From NCBI GenBank assembly GCA_045588425.1, contig JAZNED010000120.1, positions 1-54,607 on the forward strand: a DNA stretch of 54,607 nucleotides, in the 5' to 3' direction. Under the pieces are notes generated by a model. The model made no database searches and had not been told where the DNA came from. It saw nothing but the letters and a program-made list of their open reading frames with translations. Below, piece after piece: positions 24,429 to 35,000 of this stretch (its first letter is position 1; the number at the start of each line of letters is the position of its first letter). Source of the DNA: Acutalibacteraceae bacterium (GTDB taxonomy: Bacteria; Bacillota; Clostridia; Oscillospirales; Acutalibacteraceae). Made by a program: the position numbers and the translations under genes.

Positions 24429-25346
24429 TTACAGGTCGCTGAACAGGTCGGCGTTGTACGCGCCGGCGGCGTACAGCTCCTTGAAGCTCTCCACCACCAG
24501 AGGCTTATCCTCGGCGTAGGTGACGCCGAACCACTTATCGGGGGTGGGCAGAACCTTAACGGACACCTTGCCTGCCTTAAGCAGATCGCCGATGTGACCG
24601 GGCAGCAGGTACTCCGCCTTCAGCTCGTTGCCGGCAATACCCTGCAGGAAGGTGACGAAATCAGCCTCCAGCATAGGCAGGTAGGCAGGGGTCAGACCCC
24701 AGAAGTTCATAGACACAGCGCCCTCGGCGTCCAGAATCTTGTCGCCGGTAGCGGCACCGCCATCGGCGGTCTTGACGATATCGCCGGTCTCCACCACGTC
24801 GGTGAGGTAGTTGTCGGCGTTGACCTGGCAGACACCGCGGGTAACGCCGCCGTTGTCGGACAGGGTGTTCTTCAGCTGGAAGCCGGCCATGCAGAACTTG
24901 GTATCGGCGGCCTCATTGATCAGGAACTCGTGCAGCTCCTTGAACGCCACCTTGCCATAGTAGTCGTCAGCGTTGATGACCACGAAGGGCTCGGTGAGCA
25001 GATCCTTGGCGGCCAACACAGCCTGACCGGTACCCCAAGGCTTAGAACGACCCTCGGGAACAGAGAAACCCTCGGGCAGAGCGTCAAGGGCCTGGAAGGC
25101 GTAGCCGACCTCGACGTCGTGGGCGGCGCAGATCTTCTCAATGCGGTTGCCGATGATCTCGCGGAAATCCGCCTCGATGTCCTTGCGGATGATAAAGACG
25201 ATCTTGTTAAAGCCGGCCTTGATGGCGTCGTGGATGGAATAGTCCATGATGATCTCACCGGTGGGACCCACGGGAGCCAACTGCTTAATGCCGCCGCCGA
25301 AGCGAGAGCCGATACCGGCCGCCATAATCAACAGAGTGGTTTTCAT
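24429..25346 (-). CDS. Sugar-1-phosphate nucleotidyltransferase (UTP-hexose-1-P uridylyltransferase-like)
   Basis: It has the N-terminal NTP-transferase motif LIMAAGIGSRFGG. The ATG at 25346 follows AAAGGAGAA. It lies immediately downstream of galK. Confidence 0.7.
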   Translation of the reverse strand: MKTTLLIMAAGIGSRFGGGIKQLAPVGPTGEIIMDYSIHDAIKAGFNKIVFIIRKDIEADFREIIGNRIEKICAAHDVEVGYAFQALDALPEGFSVPEGRSKPWGTGQAVLAAKDLLTEPFVVINADDYYGKVAFKELHEFLINEAADTKFCMAGFQLKNTLSDNGGVTRGVCQVNADNYLTDVVETGDIVKTADGGAATGDKILDAEGAVSMNFWGLTPAYLPMLEADFVTFLQGIAGNELKAEYLLPGHIGDLLKAGKVSVKVLPTPDKWFGVTYAEDKPLVVESFKELYAAGAYNADLFSDL

Positions 25347-25375
25347 AGTGCATTTCTCCTTTATGTTAAAATTTA

Positions 25376-26659
25376 TCAAACCAGTTTATCCACGCAAACA
25401 CCGCCGTAGGGACGGATGTTCAGCACGTGGCAGGAACCCTCACCGAACACCTGCTCGATGGTGGTCTTGAAGGTGTCCAGCATATCCACAGGCACAAAGT
25501 TCTGGGTGGTGCCGCCAAAGCCGCCGCCGTGGACACGCCATGCGCCCTTGCCCTCCAGCAGGCGGTGAGCCAGCGCCAGAGCCAGAGCCATGCTCTGCTC
25601 GCGGACATCGTGAACGGCGTAGACGTTCTGCAGATACTGGAAGGAGGAGGTGCCGGAGGCGATGATCAGTTTCTTAAAGCCCTCAAAGTCGCCTGCCTTC
25701 AGCGCGGCGACCTGATCCACCACGCGGTCGTTCTCCTGCAGGAAGTGGATGGCACGCAGCACAGCGCGGTCGCCGTGTTCGCGGCGCAGGTCGGCGATGT
25801 TCGCCAGCAGAGCCTCCATATTGGTCTGACGCAGGACGGGCACGCCCAAAGAGGCGGCCACTGCCTTCATCTCGCCGGGGACAGCAGCGTACTCGTGGGT
25901 CAGATCGGCGTGGTCGCCGCCCACATCCACGATGCACAGGGCGTGACCGGTAGCCGCAAAGTCCACGTCCACCTTCTCAATGATGGGGTTGGCAGGATCG
26001 GCGAAGTCGATGGTGATGATGTTACCCACAGAGGAGGCCATCTGATCCATTAGACCGCAGGGCTTGCCGAAATACACGTTCTCGGTGTACTGGGCGATCT
26101 GGGCGATCTCCACGGCGCTGACCTTGCCCTCGTTATACAGGTGGCTGAGGATGACACCAATCAGCACCTCGAAAGCGGCAGAGGAAGACAGGCCACTGCC
26201 CTTGAGCACGTTGGAGGTAGCATACGCATCAAAGCCGCCGATGGCATAGTCCAAATCGGCAAAGCGCGCGGCGGTACCGCGAATCAGAGAGGCAGAGCCG
26301 TTCTTCTCCTCCTCCACGGGGAGCAGTTCGGAAATGTCCACCTCAATGATGGGATAACCCTCAGACTGCATACGGATGCCGCCATTGGTAGGACGCACCA
26401 CGGCGATGACGTCCAGGTTAACGGAACCGGCCAGCACGCGGCCGTAGTTGTGGTCGGTGTGGTTGCCGCCGATCTCGGTACGACCGGGGGCAGAGAACAG
26501 ATACAGGTCACCCTCGTCACCAAAGGTGTTGACGAAGCCCTCGACAGTAGCGGCGTAACGGTCGCGCTGAGCAAGCACCTGCGCCTCACCGTACAGCGCG
26601 GCAAAAGCGGTGTCGTAACCGCCGGAACGAATCTTATCTAACAGAGTTTGAGCAGACAT
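25376..26659 (-). CDS. galK: Galactokinase (GHMP kinase family)
   Basis: It has the galactokinase signature GRTEIGGNHTDHN and GHMP motif II, GSGLSSSAA. Confidence 0.85.
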   Translation of the reverse strand: MSAQTLLDKIRSGGYDTAFAALYGEAQVLAQRDRYAATVEGFVNTFGDEGDLYLFSAPGRTEIGGNHTDHNYGRVLAGSVNLDVIAVVRPTNGGIRMQSEGYPIIEVDISELLPVEEEKNGSASLIRGTAARFADLDYAIGGFDAYATSNVLKGSGLSSSAAFEVLIGVILSHLYNEGKVSAVEIAQIAQYTENVYFGKPCGLMDQMASSVGNIITIDFADPANPIIEKVDVDFAATGHALCIVDVGGDHADLTHEYAAVPGEMKAVAASLGVPVLRQTNMEALLANIADLRREHGDRAVLRAIHFLQENDRVVDQVAALKAGDFEGFKKLIIASGTSSFQYLQNVYAVHDVREQSMALALALAHRLLEGKGAWRVHGGGFGGTTQNFVPVDMLDTFKTTIEQVFGEGSCHVLNIRPYGGVCVDKLV

Positions 26660-26688
26660 AATACTACCTCCCCTATTTTTCTATTTTT

Positions 26689-26717
26689 ATTATACCGCCT
26701 ACGTATCGAAAGTGCAA
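26689..26717 (-). promoter_or_regulatory. galK promoter
   Basis: The minus strand reads TTGCAC-17 nt-TATAAT. Confidence 0.55.
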
Positions 26718-26798
26718 GAATTTTATTTCGGCATTTGTATGGACAATTGTTGCATAACATGGTATACTGACCGTGACAGACCGTAAAGGAGGGATAGT

Positions 26799-27623
26799 AT
26801 GTCCCACGAGAAATATCAATTCCGGGATACACTGAAGGAGAATGCAGGTCTTTCGGTGTACAACACCGGCTATGAACAATGCGACAGCGGTCAGATTTGG
26901 GGGCCTGCCCTACGCGACCACTATCTCATCCATTATGTGGTATCCGGCGGCGGCATCCTGCGTTGCAACGGGCAGGAATACACCGTTAGTGCGGGGATGC
27001 TGTTTATCATCTTTCCCTCTCAGGTGGCCAGCTATCAGGCGGATGCCAACGATCCGTGGCAATACAACTGGGTAGGCTTTAACGGTGCGGATGCGCGCCG
27101 CCTGGTGAAGCTGACCGGATTGAGCAAGGATCAGCCGGTATGGTACAGCAACACCCCCGACGAAACCTGTCGTCTCATTCGCGGTATTGCGGACGCCAGC
27201 GACAACACCGCCGCCGCCGATGCGGAGATGGTGGGTCGGTTGTACCTCTTCTTGGCGCACCTGATTAAACGTAGCCGCAATCAGTCAACAGGCGACGCCC
27301 ACCAAACCTATGTGAACAACGCCCTGCGCTATATCCAGTACAACTACGCCAGCAACATCGGCGTGGCGGATATTGCCCGCTACGTGGGTATCAGCCGCAG
27401 CCAGCTGTACCGCGCCTTTTTGCAGGACTTCGGTGTATCTCCCCACGCCTATTTGCAGACCTATCGCATTAACGAGGCCTGCAGTTTGCTCCGCGACCCC
27501 GCCTATTCGGTGGCAGAGGTGGCAGGCTCGGTGGGATTTAACGATCCACTGTACTTCTCTCGTGTGTTCAAGAGCATTAAAGAAGTCACTCCCTCGGATT
27601 ATCAGAAGAAACGCAGTGAGTAA
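26799..27623 (+). CDS. AraC family transcriptional regulator (cupin sensor plus HTH)
   Basis: The C-terminus carries a double HTH (..IGVADIARYVGISRSQLYRAFL.. and ..VAEVAGSVGFNDPLYFSRVFK..). It is divergent from galK. Confidence 0.85.
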   Translation: MSHEKYQFRDTLKENAGLSVYNTGYEQCDSGQIWGPALRDHYLIHYVVSGGGILRCNGQEYTVSAGMLFIIFPSQVASYQADANDPWQYNWVGFNGADARRLVKLTGLSKDQPVWYSNTPDETCRLIRGIADASDNTAAADAEMVGRLYLFLAHLIKRSRNQSTGDAHQTYVNNALRYIQYNYASNIGVADIARYVGISRSQLYRAFLQDFGVSPHAYLQTYRINEACSLLRDPAYSVAEVAGSVGFNDPLYFSRVFKSIKEVTPSDYQKKRSE

Positions 27624-27661
27624 AAGAACGGTGAGCCGATGGCTCACCGTTCTTCTTTTTG
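27624..27661. terminator. Bidirectional terminator between araC-like and sigE (overlaps the last sigE codons)
   Basis: The sequence is aagaacggtgagcc-gat-ggctcaccgttctt followed by cttttt. Confidence 0.7.
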
Positions 27662-28354
27662 CAGCTCTTCCCGCAGGTGACGGATGATGCGCTTTTCCAA
27701 GCGGGAAATGTAAGACTGGGAGATGCCCAGACGATCCGCCACCTCCTTTTGGGTGTGCTCCTGCTCCCCGCCAATGCCAAAACGCAGGCGCATAATCTGC
27801 TGTTCCCGCGCAGGTAAGCGGCTCACACAACAGAGTAGCTCCTGACACTCTGCCTCCGACTCCAGCTCACGGTGAACAATGTCGGCGTCACTACCAAGAA
27901 CGTCGGAGAGTAAGAGTTCATTGCCGTCCCAATCCACGTTTAGTGGCTCATCAATGGAGATTTCACTCCGCTTTTGGGCGTTTTTGCGCAGATACATAAG
28001 TATTTCATTTTCGATACAGCGGGAAGAGTAGGTCGCCAACTTAATATTACGACCGGGGCAGAAGGTGCGTACCGCTTTAATTAAACCAATGGTGCCGATA
28101 GAAATGAGGTCCTCCAACCCCACACCGGAACTCTCGAATTTACGGGCAATGTACACCACCAAACGCAAATTATGGGTAATAAGGATATCCCGCGCTGACT
28201 CGTCCCCCTCCTCAAGGCGAGCCAAAGTGGCTCGTTCCTCCTCCAAAGTAAGCGGTGCCGGCAATACGTCCGCCCCATTAATATAGTGGATCGATTCCCG
28301 TCCGAAAAAGCGCCAAAACCACCACCGCAAACGGCTTATCAACCTGTAAAGCAT
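27644..28354 (-). CDS. sigE: Sporulation sigma factor SigE (pro-sigma-E)
   Basis: The match to B. subtilis SigE is close ([60 protein letters not shown]). An N-terminal pro-sequence is present and the gene lies downstream of spoIIGA. Confidence 0.9.
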   Translation of the reverse strand: MLYRLISRLRWWFWRFFGRESIHYINGADVLPAPLTLEEERATLARLEEGDESARDILITHNLRLVVYIARKFESSGVGLEDLISIGTIGLIKAVRTFCPGRNIKLATYSSRCIENEILMYLRKNAQKRSEISIDEPLNVDWDGNELLLSDVLGSDADIVHRELESEAECQELLCCVSRLPAREQQIMRLRFGIGGEQEHTQKEVADRLGISQSYISRLEKRIIRHLREELQKEER

Positions 28355-29205
28355 AATGCCTTGTCATCCTTTCTTGCCAGATTTTCTGCCATATTCGCCC
28401 CCATCAAGCCCTCATACTCTCCCCTGCCCAAGGTTTCACACACGGCGACATAACAAGGAGGTAGTGGGCAGGTGTCGCCATGCAGAATCACGCGAACAGC
28501 ATCGGGAACAAAAGCAGGCAACAACCCATTTCCACCTAGGGTATTGTAGGGAATCAGCCGCCATCCCGCTGGGAGGTTTGAGACGGTGGGTATGTAGGAC
28601 AGCAACGCTTCCGCCACCTGCTGTTCCACCACCAACACAGCCTTGCCCGAAAAGGGTTCCACCAGATGGTTACCACTGTCATACAGACACGAAAAGGTGA
28701 CGGTGTTATCACCGCAGGTAAGACCGACGCGAAAAAGATGCGCCTTGGGGGCACGGCGGCGTAGGACTTGCTCAGCGAGCCACAACAGGCCGTAACACGC
28801 CACCGTAAGCGCCACCAACAAAAGGGGCGGAACGGAGTAATACACCACGCCGTTGAATACGTAGAAGCCGCGCGGTGCCAGAAAGAAGTAAAGAGCACCG
28901 CACAGTCCCGCCAAACCGGCGGAAAGAGAAAACAACAACAGCACCCGCCGTATCCAAGCGCGGCGAGAGTGAAAACCGAAGGCAACCGTCACCATACACA
29001 TCGCCGCAGCCAGCCGTATCAGCAACGACAGCCACACAGCAATCGGCGGCAAAAACAAGATTAGGCAGGATAGCGCACCAGCCAACGCCCCCACCGCTAA
29101 CCGCCAGGGTTTACCCTCACCGCCCATAGAACGGCGCACACCCAACAAAAGGAGAAAATCCATCCACCAATTGAGGGCTAACAAAATATCCACGTAAATA
29201 ACCAT
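28339..29205 (-). CDS. spoIIGA: Sigma-E processing peptidase SpoIIGA
   Basis: The N-terminus [23 protein letters not shown] is followed by 5 TM segments and a C-terminal aspartic protease region (DSGN). Confidence 0.85.
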   Translation of the reverse strand: MVIYVDILLALNWWMDFLLLLGVRRSMGGEGKPWRLAVGALAGALSCLILFLPPIAVWLSLLIRLAAAMCMVTVAFGFHSRRAWIRRVLLLFSLSAGLAGLCGALYFFLAPRGFYVFNGVVYYSVPPLLLVALTVACYGLLWLAEQVLRRRAPKAHLFRVGLTCGDNTVTFSCLYDSGNHLVEPFSGKAVLVVEQQVAEALLSYIPTVSNLPAGWRLIPYNTLGGNGLLPAFVPDAVRVILHGDTCPLPPCYVAVCETLGRGEYEGLMGANMAENLARKDDKALCFTG

Positions 29206-29370
29206 TTGCTCACTTCCCTCGCTTATTATACGGCAATGGGACGGCGGATTTTTGCCGAAACAAGGGAGCAAAGAAAAAAGGGACAAGCGGGTTGTTTTCT
29301 GCGAGAGAATATGTTATACTGGCTGGGTAAATCCCACCTCACGTCATATACTATGGCCGAGGTGAGCAAT

Positions 29371-29799
29371 ATGACGGAAAAACCGGCGAACTGTGTGCTG
29401 TGGTCCTGGGTGACCCTGCTGGTGATCGTAGCGATTCCCCACACGGTGGCCTTGGCCGTGGCAGCGACCTATCTCCCCCATCCGTGGCGGTGGCCACTGT
29501 GGGTGCTAGGGATTGGTGGGCTGGCGGTTATCGGAGGGGTGTACCTGCCACTGAGACGGAAACGCCTGCGCTTTACCCTGTCCGAGCAAGGGATCGAAAC
29601 CACCGGCGGCGTGGTATTTACCACCACGCGGTGTATCCGCTACGATGCGGTGCGGCAGGTCACCCTGCTGCAAGGGCCGATTGAACGGCGGTGTGACACT
29701 GCCTTTCTGCTGGTGAGTGGCACCGGCGGGTATCTGCTGGTGGAGGGCATCAGACTGAAAACCGCCGAGGATTGGTGTCGCCGTCTGTGCCCCCTATGA
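29371..29799 (+). CDS. Bacterial PH-domain membrane protein (YdbS-like)
   Basis: It has two TM helices followed by a bPH_2 domain. The ATG at 29371 follows GAGGTGAG. Confidence 0.65.
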   Translation: MTEKPANCVLWSWVTLLVIVAIPHTVALAVAATYLPHPWRWPLWVLGIGGLAVIGGVYLPLRRKRLRFTLSEQGIETTGGVVFTTTRCIRYDAVRQVTLLQGPIERRCDTAFLLVSGTGGYLLVEGIRLKTAEDWCRRLCPL

Positions 29800-31202
29800 A
29801 AGCAAGGCGAGAACATCCCATCGCCATCCCCGGCCACATTCCCTACTACTATTTATTGCTACTCCTCCCCCTCCTGCGAGGGGTTTGGTATATTCGCTTA
29901 CCTGACGGGTTCCCTCGCTGGTTACGAGGGACTTGGTTTGACGGGGCGGTGATAGCGGCTCTGCTGGTGCTATCCGCCATTGCGTGGAAACGACGCACCT
30001 ATCACGTCGACCGCCACCGTCTGCAGTTGTGCCGCGGTATCTTCTGGACACGTACCACCATCGTTCCCCTGCGGTGGGTGACCACCTTGACGGTGGAACG
30101 ACCGCTGTGGCTGCGACCATTTAACGCAATTAAGGTCAGCGCTGACACCGATGCCGGCAGCCATAAACTAGCCGACCTGCAGCTGACGGTATGGCGTAAG
30201 CAAGCGGGACTGTTTTTACCGGAATCGGAAGACGGAATATATCTCACCGCCAAAACATGGCGTATCGGACTGCTTTGTCTGCTCTCTTCCGACTCCTTCG
30301 GAGGACTGCTGCTACTCACGGCGGCTCTGCGGCAAAGCAGCGTCATACTGGGTGAAGGCGTCCGCAACGCGGTGATGGATAATCTGGAGATGGCGGCAGA
30401 CGCCCTGACCATCATCCCTCGTACCGCTGCCTTACTCATCCTCATACTAGCCATCGGCTGGGTGATCGGGACGACACGCCACCTGCTACGGCACCTACCC
30501 TTTATGCTCTGCCGACGGAAAGACACCCTGACGGTGTATATGGGAAGTTTTACCAAACGCATCCATTGCTGTTCCATGGGTGCCATCAATTATATCGACA
30601 TCCGCCAGACGCTGACGGCACATCTGTGGAGGATCCACACGGTGTATATCAACTGCACCGGCTACGGCAAGGACAAAAACACGCTGGCGGTGGTCATTCC
30701 ACCCTGCGGGTGGCAACAGGTGACAAAGGAATGGGGGTTGCTGTTCCCCCATCGGAAACCTTGTCGTGTGACTCTGCGACCGGCGCGAGGAGCTTGGAAA
30801 CGCTATCTGCGATTACCGCTGACGCTGTTACTGCTACTGCCGTTGGTAGGACAAACGGTGGGACGGATATTCCCAATTTGGCGCGAACTGGCCGTCTACC
30901 TATCCCTCTTGGCGGTACTTCCCTGCCTGTGGTTGGGGGCGGTGCGGATTGCCGCCCACCGCGTGGCAGGCATGGGATATGAAGAGGGGCAATACAGCCT
31001 GTGCTATGCCCATCGGCTCACCCTGCACCGTGTCACCATCCCGCGCGAAAAGATCGCGGCGGTGTGTGTGCGCCAATCCCCTGGGCAACGCCGTCGAGGT
31101 GCCTGCGACGTGTGCCTCTACAGCCATCACGAATTCTGCCGCCCTCATAAGGTGCGGCATCTCAAATACGACGAAGTACAACAACTGCTAAAGGAAGTGT
31201 GA
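29796..31202 (+). CDS. Bacterial PH-domain membrane protein (YdbT-like, three bPH repeats)
   Basis: The ATG overlaps the upstream stop (ATGA). TM pairs alternate with PH-like modules. Confidence 0.65.
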   Translation: MKARREHPIAIPGHIPYYYLLLLLPLLRGVWYIRLPDGFPRWLRGTWFDGAVIAALLVLSAIAWKRRTYHVDRHRLQLCRGIFWTRTTIVPLRWVTTLTVERPLWLRPFNAIKVSADTDAGSHKLADLQLTVWRKQAGLFLPESEDGIYLTAKTWRIGLLCLLSSDSFGGLLLLTAALRQSSVILGEGVRNAVMDNLEMAADALTIIPRTAALLILILAIGWVIGTTRHLLRHLPFMLCRRKDTLTVYMGSFTKRIHCCSMGAINYIDIRQTLTAHLWRIHTVYINCTGYGKDKNTLAVVIPPCGWQQVTKEWGLLFPHRKPCRVTLRPARGAWKRYLRLPLTLLLLLPLVGQTVGRIFPIWRELAVYLSLLAVLPCLWLGAVRIAAHRVAGMGYEEGQYSLCYAHRLTLHRVTIPREKIAAVCVRQSPGQRRRGACDVCLYSHHEFCRPHKVRHLKYDEVQQLLKEV

Positions 31203-31206
31203 AACG

Positions 31207-32016
31207 ATGGAAACCATCCGCACCGATGAATTGGTCGCCCGTCAACTGGAAGTGGATTTGGCTACCGCCGCCGCTCTGATCATGGAGGGGCGTATCTGGA
31301 TCGGAAACGTGCCGGCGGAAAAGCCCGGCTCTCCCCTGCCCGCCGACACGGTGATTACCTGCCGCGAAAAGGCAAAAAAATACGCCAGCCGCTCCGGCTA
31401 TAAGCTGGAAAAGGCGCTGGCGCATTTCGACATTGACCCCGCTGACCGCATTGTGTGCGATATCGGTGCCAGCAACGGCGGATTCACCGATTGTCTCTTG
31501 CAAAACGGTGCACAGCGGGTATTTGCGGTGGACGTAGCCTATGGCATTTTAGACTACAAACTGCGCATTGACGAGCGGGTGACGGTGCTGGAGCGTACCA
31601 ACGCCCGCAACCTGACGTCAGAGCAGTTGGGCGGCACCATCTGCGATATGGTGACGGTGGACGTGTCCTTTATCAGTCTGAAAAAGATCTATCCCGCCAT
31701 TCACCGCGTGCTGAAAGACGGCGGCGAAGTCGTCACCCTCATCAAACCCCAGTTTGAGGCCAAACAAAAAGAACTGGGCAAAAACGGCATTCTCAAAGAC
31801 CCTGCCGCTACCCTACCGCCCCTGATGGCGGAGCTGTTCCAATCGGCGGCTGAAAACGGGCTGACGGTGCTGGGACTGACGGTCTCCCCCATCCACGGCA
31901 CCAACGGCAACGTGGAGTATCTTGCCCACTATCGCCACACCGCCCCCTCCGAAGAGGAGATGGCGGCCTACCCTGCCATGGTGGAGGCTGTGATGGAGTT
32001 ACAGCCGGACGTGTAA
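31207..32016 (+). CDS. tlyA: TlyA family rRNA (cytidine-2'-O)-methyltransferase
   Basis: It has an S4 domain followed by SRSGYKLEKAL..DIGASNGGFTDCLLQNGA..V.AVDV. Confidence 0.85.
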   Translation: METIRTDELVARQLEVDLATAAALIMEGRIWIGNVPAEKPGSPLPADTVITCREKAKKYASRSGYKLEKALAHFDIDPADRIVCDIGASNGGFTDCLLQNGAQRVFAVDVAYGILDYKLRIDERVTVLERTNARNLTSEQLGGTICDMVTVDVSFISLKKIYPAIHRVLKDGGEVVTLIKPQFEAKQKELGKNGILKDPAATLPPLMAELFQSAAENGLTVLGLTVSPIHGTNGNVEYLAHYRHTAPSEEEMAAYPAMVEAVMELQPDV

Positions 32017-32030
32017 ATTGTAAAATAACG

Positions 32031-32065
32031 TAAAAGGCTGGCAACGATTTCGTTGCCAGCCTTTT
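32031..32065. terminator. Bidirectional terminator
   Basis: The sequence is aaaaggctggcaac-gatttc-gttgccagccttttt. Confidence 0.75.
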
Positions 32066-32089
32066 TGTTATGAACTGTTTGCAGCAAGG

Positions 32090-35000
32090 TTAAAAAATGA
32101 TACCCGTTCGATTTTCCACCTCTACCATAATACGGATGTAATCCTTAGTCATCGTGATGGAACATTTGCCTTTTTTCGCCGTATGTTTTACCTTTCCTGC
32201 AGAGGTGATCGTAAATCCTTGGCGGGTGAGCGCATCGTCAAACTCCTCAAAGGAGGAATCTAGCGAAATGCCATAGAAATACACAGCGGGATCGGTGATT
32301 TCGATCGCCGTGACGTGTTTCTCCAGATCGGCATAATCGGGATAGGAAGTCACGGTATAAATCACACAATGTTTAGGGTCGATTTGTTGCCCATCACTGC
32401 CGATGGTGGGAACATAACCGGTACCGTAATAATCTGTTCCGCCAAACAAGCCGTATCTTTCTTGATACCCGGAAAAGTCGAACTTATGCACGTTTTCGGC
32501 AATCCAAAATTCTAGATTGGTTTCGGTTTGCGGTATATTTCCGGTTTCATAGCCTTGATCGATGTAGTCGTTGCCGTCTCCCACCAAGAACAAGCCGTAG
32601 ATGGTGGCATAGGCACTACCTGTCTCACAGAAGCCGTCGTAGGCGATGGCGATGGTGTTCCCTACCGCAGGCGGGTTGGAAATGCTCATAAGATGGGTAT
32701 ATACACGAACACGTTTACCCAAAGCGGAATCGCCTTTTGTGACCTCCAGCGTCATATACCGACTCTGCTGATCCCACTCCACCAATTTGCCGGTGACGTA
32801 GGTGTCCGCCTTAACCGGAGCGACGCCCCTGATGTACTTGGTCATCATGGCGGTTTGCTCGGCGTTCAGAGTGGCAATACGCTCACCATCGAAGAGAGTG
32901 GTGCCATCCAAACTAACATAATAGCGCTTGCCATCGTCCATGGAAAAATAACCGATAGTCTTGAAGGAGGTGCTTTCCGCTTTATGCCAGGTGATGTAAC
33001 GCACCAATTGCCACGGAGCGCCGTCGATCCAGCCACTACCGGAGGTGGAGCCGACAAACTCGTCTCCGCTGCCGGCCATCACAGGATGGGTGTAATTTTG
33101 CCAATAATACGTAACAAGCTTCTCCTCACGAATCACCGCACGGAAATCGGCATTCGCCACCTGATCACGAGGCACTTCTGCCAACACAAAATTTTGGCTA
33201 ACAGCATCGTTCATTGCCCAGGGCAGATGGATATCCAGCTGCACCGTCACCAGATCGGTGCCGTTGTGGTCGATGGCGACGATCTGGGGGTAGGCCGGCG
33301 CACTGTGATACGGGTGATACACCGCCAGCAGCATATGATTGGCGAAGAAATCGTCTCCATAGATGCTCAATGTTTCAAGGGAAGGAAGACCATATCCCCC
33401 ACGGAAACCACCCTTATATTTCTCAATAAAGGCGTTCAACTGCGTACGAGACGTGATGGGAATGACGGGGAGATCTTTGCCGCTGTTTCGATCATACGCA
33501 TACTGCTGATACAGCGCATCCAGCTTATCCTCCACCAACATGCCATAACTGAAGAATGTGCGGGATGCCACATAGGGCACCGCATGGGGAGCGTTGGAAA
33601 GTGTGGGGTCGATGGTCGAATTTGTAGGCGTGGTAGGTTTCGTAGGGATAATCGTGGGGTTCGTAACGGTAGGATTCATTGTGGTGGTACCGTTAACCGG
33701 CGCCAACATCACACGAACAGGGATGACCCGAGGCGGGTCGGTGACTTCCATATAATCGTAGAAAATGCGGTAGTGTTCACCGATTTTTACGGTAGATACC
33801 GAAAAACGGCTGAAATCCACCCACACGTCTCCGGTGAGCCACTCGCTCTCCACACACTCCATCAGGACATGGTTTCCGTCCACCTTTTTGGCTTTGGCAA
33901 TCAATTGGTAAATGGGATCCTCTTCCCTATCAAACAACCAGCTGACGCGGACAGATTCCTCGGTGGTGAGCCAGCCGACCTTGCCGTCTGTAGACATAAT
34001 GCCATCAAACTGGTGGGTAATGTAATAGATGTTACCATCTATCCACACACAACCGACAAAATTGAGGGCTCGGTTGATGGCAACGGAATCTTCCCATCCA
34101 CCATCATTTAGGCGGGTGAGCATCTCCCGCAGATGCATCCCTGCCCAATCTTCATAGAACTCACGCCACTTCTCGGTGGCGGTTTCGGGATGCTCTGTAG
34201 GCTCGGTAAAGGCAGCAACATAGGTATCGGTGGGAACCTCTTTCAGTAGATGGGAAGTAATTGTGGTGACACCTTCCAGATCGGTCTTTTTGATGCCGGA
34301 AAACATCAGCCAAGCAGCCAGATCACTCGAAACAAAACTCGGATGGTATTCCACAAACTCCACGGTAAGAACCATGCCGTCGTCCGAATAGGTATAACCT
34401 GCCACTTCAGGTGTATGCATACCGCTGAAGGTGCCATGATAGGTCAAAAGCAAGACGTTATCCACGAAGAATGTATCGTCGAATTGGTCAAAATCACGGA
34501 TCTGCCAATCCACACTGGCCCAATGCATATCCTCTTCATGATGAGCGTTGAGGAAAGCCAGTAAATCGGTACGGGACGTAATTTGTTGCACGTCCGAAGA
34601 ACCAAAATATTCGATAAATCCGGTATCGATCAGTCCTGTACGAATCACATGGGTAAGACCTAAAGGCGCGGTAGGATCAGCAGAATTTGCGTCCTCGTCA
34701 GGGTTGGTGGGTTGATCGGTGATATCCGTCTTGGAGTCGGGTTCCTTGGCAGGCTTATCCTTGGGGTCGGTGAGCAGGCAGACACCCGCCACGGTGGACG
34801 CCAGCAAAGCGGCAACAATAATCCATATCGTCGGCTTTTTGTAGCTGAGGACGGACGTGACACGGCTCTTCACCCCTGTTTCGCCAAAGGCGAGGGGGCA
34901 AGCAGAAACCAACCGACGAGGAGTACTGCAGGTCAGCAACACCTCGGAATACATCTTGCGGTCAGCGGCGGTCATATCCCGCACCACCCGCTCATCACAG

